Positions 11,298 to 20,515 of a DNA stretch of 64,000 bases are shown here, one piece after another. Positions within the stretch are counted from its first letter, which is position 1, and the number at the start of each line of letters is the position of its first letter. The translations under genes were made by a program, and so were the position numbers. The notes under the pieces were generated by a model that did no database searches, was not told the DNA's origin, and worked only from the letters and a program-made list of their open reading frames with translations. Source of the DNA: a virus. The stretch is taken from the IMG/VR virus record IMGVR_UViG_3300017788_000014, positions 1 to 64,000 of that record, one strand, 5' to 3'.

Positions 11298-13909
11298 TGC
11301 GCCGACACAACCATTTTCAGGCGTTGTCGACTTTGGGGTTACTGTCTGAAAATACAATATTTCCCGCCGTAATTCAGTGCCCGTTTTGTGAGCAAAACGC
11401 ACTGTATTTGTTTGACGACCTGCAGACCGAGAATATCTGGCTTTCGTGTCAAAACTGCAAACGGCACGGAGATATCATAACTTTCGGATCACAACTCTGG
11501 AACATTAGTGTACCAAATACGCTCGAAAAATTCAGCCAAGCAGACGTCATTTCTCCGGGCAATTTTGCGACAATTGCCGAAGATTACGCCAAAGTTGCGC
11601 CAAGAATTCGCGCTACAGAAGACTTTTTTGCGGAAGCACACGGCCGTTTGTGGACGCACGGCGATCCTGTACTGACAAAAAAATTACTGAAACTTGGCGT
11701 GCGTAACGAGATCGCCGACCAAATCGATTTTCTTGGCGTGAGCACCTACACCAAAGTCGCCGAGATGTATCGCCTGTTTGGCCGCATTCCGCCAACCCGC
11801 GCTAGACGAAACGGCGAATTCATCGTTTTTCCGTTCCACACTCTGCCGCACAAAATTGCCGGTTTTTTACTGCTGCAATACACCGAAGACGGCGCGAGTC
11901 AGTATACGTTTTTGTCGCCGGAAAATTCGCGCCGAAAGGCCGAGGCTGGCTACTTTTTACTGCCGCAGGTCGTTTTTTCACCGGCCGAGGCGTTTAAGAA
12001 AACACAGATCATCGTGCATGATTTACTCTGGGCGCTCAAAGTCCAGTGCGCACAACTCTTTCGTGGCCAGCGATTTTTGCCAATTATGGTCGCCTATAAC
12101 AGCACGGACGCCGAAAGTTACGGCGGTACGTGGCGTTCATTTCCACAGGCCGATCGTGTCTTTGTCGGCAACGCATTAACGCCTGCATTGATCAGTCGTG
12201 CCGCAAACGCCAAAGGCTACGTTACCGTGCTGCGCGTTGGCGAATCTCCCGGCGGCTATAATTACACACCGCCAGTCATCAATCAAATTAAGGCCGCACG
12301 TAAAAAAGCACAAACGTGGCAGTCGGCGCTGCGCGTAGCGCTGAGTAATATTGACGACATGACCGCGCAGTCGTTTATCAGCAGCCTGACAATTCCTGTC
12401 GAAAAACTGGCGTTGTTCTTCAAGAAAAATCCGCATCCATTTTCGCCCGAGACGGTCGAACGCGCGCTGCTCGAAGTAAGACTCGCGCCATTAATTCCCA
12501 CGCGCATCATCACAACGCGCCGGTGGGCAATTACCGAACGCGAGCAGAGTTGGTGGGCAAAGGGTGGCGCGCAGGTCTGTAACGCCCAGCCGATAATCTT
12601 GAAAATACTGCAAAAAGAAAACGGCGAACGGCTTTACGTCGGCAAGGTGTTCTTCAAAGGCGAGGAATACGATTTTACAGCACCCGTAAGTACCATTGAA
12701 AACATTGGACTGCTTACGCACATTGCGAACGAACTTGCGAAACGCGGACGCCTCGTCATATTTAACAAATCGTGGAATCACAGAGCCCACGTTATCGCGC
12801 AACAACTTCACACGCCCGAAATTGTGCACGTGTCTACGCAGCGCGGCTGGGACGCAACTGCCAACACGTTCAAATTTGGTGAGTACGAACTTACGGCGAA
12901 CGGCGTTGTGCAAGACTCAATTTTCTGGCCCAACCACAAAATCCAAAACACGCTGCCGCCACTGGCGGCAATTGCTCCGCCGGCTATCTACGACCTGCTG
13001 ACGCCATCTCCAGACCACGCATTTATGTGGGCGACATTTGCAGCCACGGCGGCAAATTTACTGGCGCCAATTTTCAACAAAGAGTTCAAGTCAATTGCCG
13101 TTGAAAACAACAGTTTCGACGCCGCCATGACAGTTGCCGAAACGTTGGCCTGTCGCGTCGAGCAAAATACCGACGTGTCGCGCCGATATCCGGCAAACTT
13201 TATTCGCAAGGTTACAGCCGAAGATGCGTGGCCTGTCGGTATTTTCAACGTTTTCAATAACGATTACTTTTGCAGTGTCGCCCCAAAATGCCACAACCTG
13301 CCAATTATGGTCAAAATGTCGCCGACCGGAGCAGCGTCCGCGCTAAGTTACGGCTGGACGTTGTTGCGCGGCGGGCAGTTTAAAACCAATCCTTGCGTGT
13401 TAAAATACGCGCTGCCGGCCTACATTCAACACGTGCTCGCCAGCCGGCACCGCGCGTTCGTCAACAAAAAAGATTTTGTATTGGCAGTACTTGAAAATAT
13501 ACACGAATGGGCTCACAATATTTATGGCAAGACATTTAACCTTGAACACGCAAAAACAAAACTCGTAAGCGCCGATCGTGCTCACGATGCAGTCATGCGC
13601 GTTATTGGCGCGGCTGTATTAAACGACGAAATTTCGCTTTTGCCGCAACCGCGTACGCGACGACAGACACAAAACTACCTACTGAAACAAAAAACCGAAT
13701 ATTGGATCAGCAAAAAAGTCGTCGATCAGTATTTTTTCAATCGCTGCTATTTACCGCCAAATTGGTTCAGCCTGCTGACATTACTGCAACACAATGGTGG
13801 ATATTTAGGCGAAAAAATCATCCACAACTCTCCGGGCATATTGCTTTCCGCCGCATGGGCCGAACCGTTTTTTACATCGGAAATCGATGCCGTAAAAGAA
13901 GTCGGATAA
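11298..13909 (+). CDS. Large protein with an N-terminal primase-type Zn finger; possibly a degenerate primase/helicase
   Basis: CPFC...CQNC Zn finger followed by 'GDII', and 'FIVFPF' as in primases. No clear Toprim or Walker motifs. Start uncertain. Confidence 0.55.
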
Positions 13910-14226
13910 TGAGCACACCATCTTCGTACATCAGCGCCGACAACTTTGACGACATCGACGATGACGATTTCGTCGAAGAAGAATGGCAATTTGTTGGCGA
14001 CGATGACGACGATGATTTTGATTTTGATAAACCACCGCGTATTAATTGGTACGTAGACGAAGACGACGACGATGACGAATTTGAACCGATTGACGACGAC
14101 GAAGACGAAGAATACGAATCGCGTTCTGGAACATGGGACGACGATGGCGACGATTTTGACGACGACGAAACAGACGAGCCGTCATACGACCACGATTTCG
14201 ACGGCGAGGCTGATTTAGAGGAATAA
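13909..14226 (+). CDS. Highly acidic low-complexity protein
   Basis: TAATG coupling; about 53 of 105 residues are D/E. Confidence 0.65.
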   Translation: MSTPSSYISADNFDDIDDDDFVEEEWQFVGDDDDDDFDFDKPPRINWYVDEDDDDDEFEPIDDDEDEEYESRSGTWDDDGDDFDDDETDEPSYDHDFDGEADLEE

Positions 14227-14242
14227 CCGTTCTTTAGCGCCG

Positions 14243-14707
14243 ATGCAGACTTTTTTACCGATTGCCAGTTTTCGCAAATCGGCGCGCTGTTTAGACAACA
14301 AACGACTCGGAAAACAACGCGTCGAGTGCAAACAAATTTTGCTGTGTCTCGGAATTCCAATCGGAAATCACGAGCCCAACAACTCGAATTGGCGTCACCA
14401 TCCGGCCGTTTTGATGTGGGCTGGACACGAAGTGGCGCTTCTGGTATACGCCATTGTGGTGTGCCGCGAATGGCGGCGACGAGGCTTTCGAGACAACCTC
14501 GAAACTGAGTTCTTCGCCGCGTATGACAAACTACGGCCGACAATAACGCACAACGCGTATCCGCCGTGGTTTCGACTGCGGTTACTCCACGCAAGTCACC
14601 GCAGCAATTTGTTGCGAAAAGACTTTCAGCATTACAGGCAATTCGGCTGGCAAGAGCCGGTTGATTTGCCGTATTTCTGGCCCACACAAGAAAGGAAATC
14701 TCCTTGA
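14243..14707 (+). CDS. Pyrimidine-dimer DNA glycosylase (DenV-like, MSMEG_6728 family)
   Basis: Motifs MQTFLP, LDNKRLGKQRVE, WRHHPAVLMW and HASHRSNLLRKD. Confidence 0.9.
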   Translation: MQTFLPIASFRKSARCLDNKRLGKQRVECKQILLCLGIPIGNHEPNNSNWRHHPAVLMWAGHEVALLVYAIVVCREWRRRGFRDNLETEFFAAYDKLRPTITHNAYPPWFRLRLLHASHRSNLLRKDFQHYRQFGWQEPVDLPYFWPTQERKSP

Positions 14708-16953
14708 ACCGCACGGTCAAAAATTACACTGTTGCCGTTTTAACCGCAATTATTCAGGCGACGCTCAATCAGACAAAAACGTCGCGCAAGTATTTGTGCA
14801 CACTGGGCGCAATTGAACAGACTGTTTTTCGTCTGTTTAACGCCAAGAAGGAAAAACAAAAGCGCAACAGCCGCGGATTCATTCGCGCTGCGTTGCAGGC
14901 TTTAACCGCCAATGACGTAATTGTTGGCGTGAGCGAATTCGACCCCGATAGCGATCAATTGCGCCGCTCCGACCGGCCAAGTCTTTTTCGCCTGACAACG
15001 CGCTGCGAACTCTGGTTTCGAGATAACTGTAGCGGGCCGAAAGACGCGGCAAAAAACGACAATGTTGTTCGCGCCCTGCAGGCTTTTAATTTGCTGCCGG
15101 AAGAAATCGACAAAGAATCGGACGACGTTCAACAGTTGCTATTTGACGACCAACGTGTCGCACAACGTGCCGAAATCTTCACGGACGAAACAGCGCTGAC
15201 AGAGATTCGAAACCGTGTTGAAACAAATGACGCGATTCCTTGGGAGCAAGACCAAATGTCTAACTCTAACGCAGAACCGCAGGCAACTGTGGTAGCGGCA
15301 GCGGGTACGGCAACAAACGACGAACTACCGGCGATGTCGTTGAACGAAATCACACCGGAGTGGTGGAAAGAGTTCGAAAAAGTTTCTCCCGAATATCGTG
15401 CGATATCAGAAACTATACCGGTAGGCGTCGCCGACAATATTCGCGACATCGTAATAGAGGAGTTTCAAACGGTAGCAAAAGTTATCGTGCGAACCGACTT
15501 ACACAAGTACACAGACAGGCGAATTTGTGGGCAGTTCGAAGCATACGGCCCATATGACGAACACGAGCAATACAACTTCGCCAAGATGGAGAAGGTAGAA
15601 AACGCGCGTATCTCGTGGAACAAGGAAATCCTCGACCCAGAAAGTATGGATTACCTGCGCGCGCAAGGAAAAACATGTGTGATGACAGAGTATATGCGCG
15701 AAATATGCGCGCGCGCGTTGTTTTACGCCGACACCATAGCGCAACAAACCGACCGGGGAGTTCTGATCTTGACAGAAATGCTCATGATCAAAGCCACGTC
15801 GCCAGAAACGGCTGTTTTTGCTACAGAAATACCCCACTTTTCTAGCAAGGGGCATCCTTCAAACGCCGTGTCCGCCGCGATCGGACAAATTGAGCGCGCG
15901 ATCGTGAGCGGCGACTTCGGATGGTATGCCAAAATCGGCCAGCCGCCTCTCGACGCTATGCTATTAATCGAGTCGGACTGCAATCAAATGTTTGCGTGGC
16001 GAAATGTCGGCACCCGGCAGGCGCGACACTCAAATCGCCAATTCACTAAACCGACGCGCCGACACATCTATTTGACTCTTTTTGGAAGAATAACGGCGCT
16101 AATTTTGCTCGCCAGAAGAACTGGACTTGCGCGGCAATCAGCACCCAAGAAAGAAAGGCATAAAATGCCCACAGAAAAAGAGGGCAGTTTGCTCAAGAAC
16201 GCCAAGCGACAACCGGAAGCGATTACTATTCCGGTGCGCACAAAAGACGGTATCACCGTCAGGCTTCCCGTTAGCACAAGCGACGGCCTATGCTCAGTCG
16301 ATTTGACAGCAGCCGAGTTGCTCGAACGTTTCGGGGGTAACGCATCGCAGGTCGGGATCGAGTCGCTCGACCGCCGTGAGGACCACAAAAACTTGCGGCA
16401 TCGCGTTGTCGACTTGGCGAAATCCTCGCGTCCAGAAGTTCGCAAACACCTTGCGCTGCGCGAGCACGAAAAGGTGATCGCAGCGGTGGTGCCTGACGTT
16501 GTGACGGTTTTGTGCGAACGTATCGCTGCGCTGCAAAACGTGACGCTGGGTTCGCCGCCAGATGAGCAGACGGCAGAAGAGGTCTGCAAGACGGCGCTGT
16601 ACCACGCTTTGACGATTTTATCGCGGGTTGTTCGCGGATTACAGAACAATGTCCGCAAGGCCGCCATCGAGGACATGACCCGAGGGGCCGACGAAGAAGA
16701 ACGACCGTTTACGGTCGATTTTCTGCCCGATTACGCTGCGCAGGTGTCGTTGGCTATCGAAACCCTCCTAAGCGGCGGAGAACGCATCATGCCGATTGTG
16801 ACGACAGAGGAGGAACTGGAGGCCGCAAAAACCGCCGCTGGATTGGAAGAAGCGCCAAGGTGGCGGTTGCACCACGAACGGAAGATCGAGGACGTGAACT
16901 GGTCACTCGTGGACGCCACAAAACCAGCCGCGGCGGGCGGCGCCGGGCGATAG
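14704..16953 (+). CDS. Large hypothetical protein
   Basis: 749-aa ORF, TTG start overlapping the upstream stop; no recognisable motif. Confidence 0.6.
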   Translation: MNRTVKNYTVAVLTAIIQATLNQTKTSRKYLCTLGAIEQTVFRLFNAKKEKQKRNSRGFIRAALQALTANDVIVGVSEFDPDSDQLRRSDRPSLFRLTTRCELWFRDNCSGPKDAAKNDNVVRALQAFNLLPEEIDKESDDVQQLLFDDQRVAQRAEIFTDETALTEIRNRVETNDAIPWEQDQMSNSNAEPQATVVAAAGTATNDELPAMSLNEITPEWWKEFEKVSPEYRAISETIPVGVADNIRDIVIEEFQTVAKVIVRTDLHKYTDRRICGQFEAYGPYDEHEQYNFAKMEKVENARISWNKEILDPESMDYLRAQGKTCVMTEYMREICARALFYADTIAQQTDRGVLILTEMLMIKATSPETAVFATEIPHFSSKGHPSNAVSAAIGQIERAIVSGDFGWYAKIGQPPLDAMLLIESDCNQMFAWRNVGTRQARHSNRQFTKPTRRHIYLTLFGRITALILLARRTGLARQSAPKKERHKMPTEKEGSLLKNAKRQPEAITIPVRTKDGITVRLPVSTSDGLCSVDLTAAELLERFGGNASQVGIESLDRREDHKNLRHRVVDLAKSSRPEVRKHLALREHEKVIAAVVPDVVTVLCERIAALQNVTLGSPPDEQTAEEVCKTALYHALTILSRVVRGLQNNVRKAAIEDMTRGADEEERPFTVDFLPDYAAQVSLAIETLLSGGERIMPIVTTEEELEAAKTAAGLEEAPRWRLHHERKIEDVNWSLVDATKPAAAGGAGR

Positions 16954-16980
16954 CGAGTACAATAAAACCTGTGCAGGTTT

Positions 16981-17053
16981 GCCGGTGTAACTCAGTTGGT
17001 AGAGTAGCAGTTTTGTAAACTGCCTGTCGTCGGTTCGACTCCGACCACCGGCT
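16981..17053 (+). tRNA. tRNA-Thr(UGU); CCA not encoded
   Basis: Acceptor stem GCCGGTG/CACCGGC, anticodon arm GCAGT-TTTGTAA-ACTGC, T-loop TTCGACT. Confidence 0.95.
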
Positions 17054-17054
17054 T

Positions 17055-17084
17055 CGGGCGATCAAATTCGTGATCGCCCGTTTC
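17055..17084 (+). terminator. Hairpin downstream of tRNA-Thr (terminator or processing signal)
   Basis: 10-bp stem CGGGCGATCA/TGATCGCCCG, 6-nt loop, short T run. Confidence 0.5.
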
Positions 17085-17120
17085 ACCCGTTCATCTCACA
17101 AGAGAAGAAAGACTACGTTC

Positions 17121-17870
17121 ATGACGATGTTGAAGAACAGCAAAAAGACCCGCGCGGCCAACGCGCATCTCGGACCAACCGACGACAAGAGTGACGCCGC
17201 GATTGCCGGCAGGCTCAATGTCACTATTACAGCGCCCAACTTTAGGGAAATGTCGGTCGAAGTCGTCGGCGCAACACCGATGGTGCAACTGGCGTTTGGC
17301 GAAAAGGCACGCAACGCCATGCGCGAAAAGCAGGCGGCGGGCTCGACCGCCAAAAGGGGTAAGCGAGAAGCCAAGGACTTCGAGGCTGCATTTGAGCAGG
17401 CCATCCACCGCAGCCGCGAAGGCTGGTGCGGTATTCCAGCCGGCGCTGTGCGAGCGGCAATGATTCGCGCCTGCTCGCTCGTCGGTTTTGAGATGGTCAA
17501 GGCCAAGATGTGTCTGTTTATCCGCGGCGATGGCTACGACGCGGTTGAGGGCACGCCGCTGATTAGGATGTTCCGCGTGGACGAGGACGGTAACGAAATT
17601 GCAGCAGAGCCGCATCACGTTGAACACATGGTGCACAACGCCAACGGTGTTGCCGATATTCGTGTTCGGGCCATATACGACGAGGGTTGGCGCGCCCGCA
17701 TTCGCGTGCGTTACGACGCGGATATCTTTACCGCAGACGAAATCACTAATCTGCTGCACCGCGCCGGCTTGCAGGTCGGCGTCGGAGAGGGCCGCCCGTT
17801 TTCTCCGAAGAGTTGCGGCATGGGTTGGGGTCAGTTCGACCTTGTTCTCGATAACAATAACAACGGCTGA
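17121..17870 (+). CDS. Stand-alone Cas7/RAMP-like protein (Vipr-like effector)
   Basis: RRM-like first strand 'MSVEVVGATPM', 'GIPAGAVRAAM', 'WRARIRVRY', and a C-terminal G-rich loop 'AGLQVGVGEGRP...GMGWGQF'. Adjacent to the GGY-NN array. Confidence 0.8.
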   Translation: MTMLKNSKKTRAANAHLGPTDDKSDAAIAGRLNVTITAPNFREMSVEVVGATPMVQLAFGEKARNAMREKQAAGSTAKRGKREAKDFEAAFEQAIHRSREGWCGIPAGAVRAAMIRACSLVGFEMVKAKMCLFIRGDGYDAVEGTPLIRMFRVDEDGNEIAAEPHHVEHMVHNANGVADIRVRAIYDEGWRARIRVRYDADIFTADEITNLLHRAGLQVGVGEGRPFSPKSCGMGWGQFDLVLDNNNNG

Positions 17871-17872
17871 GT

Positions 17873-18331
17873 ATGCCAAACAAGCAAGCAATTCGCGTAG
17901 AACTCGCGCAACTGCAAAAAGAACACGGCCTATTGCGAGCCGAAGACGTTGTAAATTTTGCGAGAAATGAAGATACCGCGCTTCATGGTGAATTTGAATG
18001 GGACGACTCTGAAGCCGCCCATCAATATCGACTCGCTCAGGCGCGAAAAATTATTCGGGTCAACGTGCAGATTTTGCCAACTGGGCATGATAACGTTGTT
18101 GTGCCCGTATACGTATCACTCGCACAAGATCGCGATCAACCCGGCGGTGGTTATCGCCGACTTGTAGATGTTATGAGCGACGAAGAGTTGCGTGCGCAAC
18201 TTTTACAACAAGCGCTGACCGATTTTGAGCGCGTTGGGCGTCGATACCGCACGCTGAAAGAACTAGCCCCGATTTTTGAGGCGCTAGAACAAATTTCGCA
18301 AGTTATTCGTGCAGAATTAACTCGTGTGTAA
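17873..18331 (+). CDS. Accessory protein of the RAMP/array module
   Basis: 'LHGEFEWDDSEAAHQYRLAQARKII' motif of a widespread phage family. Starts 2 nt after the RAMP-like gene and ends 14 nt before the array. Confidence 0.75.
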   Translation: MPNKQAIRVELAQLQKEHGLLRAEDVVNFARNEDTALHGEFEWDDSEAAHQYRLAQARKIIRVNVQILPTGHDNVVVPVYVSLAQDRDQPGGGYRRLVDVMSDEELRAQLLQQALTDFERVGRRYRTLKELAPIFEALEQISQVIRAELTRV

Positions 18332-18345
18332 CTGCTTTTAAACAC

Positions 18346-19008
18346 GGCAGGCACGGCAGGGTGCGGAGAGGCAAGGGAGGCGCGCCGCGGGGCGGCAGGC
18401 AAGGCTGGGCGAGGCGCGGCAGGTGTGGTCAGGCTGGTCAAGGCATGTTGAGGTTTGCTCCGGTCTGCTCTGGCAGGCATGGCAGGGCCGGGCGAGGACA
18501 GGAATGGCGCGGTTGGGTATGGCGCGGTCGGGCTGGGTACGGCAGGCAAGGACAGGAACGTCACGGCGGGGCAGGGACTGCACGGGCACGGCAGGCGAGG
18601 CGCGATATGGCGTGGTCAGGTCGGGACAGGCGAGGCAGGCATGGCGTGACAAGGTAGGGCTGGGTAGGGTCTGTCATGGCAGGGCAGGCACGGCACGGCG
18701 TGTCCCGGTAAGATCGGGCACGGCAGGCTTGGACGGGCAAGGCTCGGACGGTAAGGTAACGCTCGCAAGGGCATGGCATGGCAGGCTTGGTAGGGCACGG
18801 CCACGCTCGCCGCGGCACGACACGGCAGGCACGGCTAGTCATGGTCGGGTTTGTCCCGGAGAGGTCGGGCTGGGTACGGCAGGTTCGGCAAGGACGGCTG
18901 GTCACGGTGAGGCTCGTCGCGGCAGGCAGGGTACGGCGCGGTTTGGCGCGGCACGGTTTGGCTCGGCACGGCAGGAATGGCGCGGCGCGGCTCGGCAGGG
19001 ACTGGCAA
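18346..19008 (+). ncRNA. Array of 14 units, each GGCA + (GGY-NN)n; putative guide-RNA (vrRNA-like) precursor
   Basis: Delimiters at 18346, 18394, 18418, 18472, 18541, 18590, 18634, 18683, 18722, 18780, 18824, 18878, 18921 and 18970. Eleven of 14 units are exactly 4+5n nt long. Confidence 0.85.
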
Positions 19009-19024
19009 AGCGCCGCTATTAAAA

Positions 19025-19058
19025 CAAACACACGTTGTGCAGCGTGTGTTTGCCTTTA
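19025..19058 (+). terminator. Hairpin closing the array transcript
   Basis: Stem CAAACACACG/CGTGTGTTTG followed by CCTTTA. Confidence 0.6.
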
Positions 19059-19084
19059 AACTGCCGATTTGTTGTACTGGTGTT

Positions 19085-19342
19085 ATGAAACGATACCACG
19101 ACGAAAAACACATCATCGAAAATCGGGCCAAAAAATACCGGCATATTAATGGCGGGTGGTTAGGCTATTCCGTGCCCAATACCGGCGAACGACAACCTCA
19201 CGCGCCAGAACCGGGACGCTACAGAAAAACATTACGTTGCGGCGGTTGTACCCGTGCGCGATGTCAGGTCTGTCATTCAAACAAATATCCGAAACGTATT
19301 CCCACAAGGCGAGAACGCCAACAATGGCTCGAAAACGAGTAA
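19085..19342 (+). CDS. Small basic protein with Cys motifs
   Basis: CGGC...CQVC motif. Confidence 0.55.
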   Translation: MKRYHDEKHIIENRAKKYRHINGGWLGYSVPNTGERQPHAPEPGRYRKTLRCGGCTRARCQVCHSNKYPKRIPTRRERQQWLENE

Positions 19343-19740
19343 ACGATTTTGGCGGAAGAAACGCCGCCGGCAACGGTAAGTGCCGCGCGCTTCTGGTCGG
19401 GCACAATCTAATCAGCATGCGCTGCATCTCGTGCAACAAACTCAACTACGTTGGGTTTCTTGAAACGCAACGCGCGGCAAAACCGCGCTGTAATGCGTGC
19501 GGCGGCGGACTCTCTGAAATAGAAGAAAGTCACAAACGTCGAACTGGCTGCTCGTACAAAAGAATGGAGCGAGTAACCGCAGCCAATCTCGGCAAAAAAC
19601 CATTTACGTGCGCAACCTGTAAAAAACATTTTAGATCGGCTGTCGCGCTTGGTTTGCACGTCAAAGAACAACATCCAGAAGCGCCGCCAATCGACGCGCA
19701 CCAAATGGAACTTCGCGAGCGGTGGCGACGCACTCTTTAA
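19324..19740 (+). CDS. Zinc-finger protein (CxxC ribbon plus C2H2)
   Basis: CISC..CNAC and 'FTCATCKKHFRSAVALGLHVKEQH'. Confidence 0.7.
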   Translation: MARKRVNDFGGRNAAGNGKCRALLVGHNLISMRCISCNKLNYVGFLETQRAAKPRCNACGGGLSEIEESHKRRTGCSYKRMERVTAANLGKKPFTCATCKKHFRSAVALGLHVKEQHPEAPPIDAHQMELRERWRRTL

Positions 19741-19769
19741 CCTTCAAGCAAAGAAAGATTTACACAACA

Positions 19770-20084
19770 ATGTCGAAGTACGAAAAGCAAATTGAAACAG
19801 CAACCGCAAATCTTGCAGAAGCGGTATTTCACGAAACGCGCCTCGAAGACGGGCGTATCATGGAAAAGTTGGCCGCAATTGAACGCATCATGGCAGCCGG
19901 CGACAATCCACTAACTGGAAAAGCACATTCGTTTTCATCCGCTGAGGCGGTGGTCAATACCGATCCCGCATATCAGGATTATCTCGCCGAGCAGCGCGAA
20001 GCAGTTCGCGCGCGTATTCTTGCGCGAGGGGCTTACGAGGCGGCGTTAGTTACCGCGCATCTTGCAGCGAAGGAGATGGCGTGA
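19770..20084 (+). CDS. Hypothetical protein
   Basis: ORF coupled (GTGA) to the next gene. Confidence 0.6.
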   Translation: MSKYEKQIETATANLAEAVFHETRLEDGRIMEKLAAIERIMAAGDNPLTGKAHSFSSAEAVVNTDPAYQDYLAEQREAVRARILARGAYEAALVTAHLAAKEMA

Positions 20085-20515
20085 ACTTTTTCGAAGAAAA
20101 CGACCAGCCGCAACAGCGCGTCGGCACTATTGAGCGGTTGCGCGATTTTGCACTGATTTGTTTCGATAAATTCCTCGCCGAGCGAGACGGCCGGCCGCAA
20201 ATTTCAGATGTGGAAAAAATTTGCAGCGAATACTTGTCTGTCGGCGAAGTCGAAACAATTCTCAAAGAAAACTGCCAGTGCAATACTGACGGATTTTATG
20301 GTGTCGGCGGCGGCACAGTTGAAGAAGCCAACAAAAACATGGAAACGTTAATGACGGCGCTCATGCAGCGCATACTTTCAAATGTCATTAGTGGCGGTGT
20401 GCGCGACGGCTGGTTAGACTGCGCGTTCGACTCCGAAAAAAATGATTTCTGTTTCAAGATTACCGACAAGGGTAAAGAAATTGTCGAGCGAAGCGAATAC
20501 AACGCAGACTCTTGA
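20081..20515 (+). CDS. Hypothetical protein
   Basis: AAGGAG RBS, GTG start. Confidence 0.6.
   Translation: MNFFEENDQPQQRVGTIERLRDFALICFDKFLAERDGRPQISDVEKICSEYLSVGEVETILKENCQCNTDGFYGVGGGTVEEANKNMETLMTALMQRILSNVISGGVRDGWLDCAFDSEKNDFCFKITDKGKEIVERSEYNADS

Noticed and set aside
16981-17053. tRNA as a prophage or island attachment site
   Set aside because: No integrase and no duplicated tRNA 3' end were seen in the window; both flanks look like phage genes.
18346-19008. Canonical CRISPR array or simple microsatellite
   Set aside because: There are no 23-47-nt identical repeats with unique spacers. Variation is confined to fixed NN positions and the units are delimited, unlike slippage satellites. 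G-quadruplex formation is possible but does not explain the grammar.
18151-19131. Many overlapping Arg/Gly/Ala/Pro-rich ORFs across the array
   Set aside because: They are by-products of a stop-poor G-rich sequence. The 5-nt period is incompatible with codon structure and no RBS is present.
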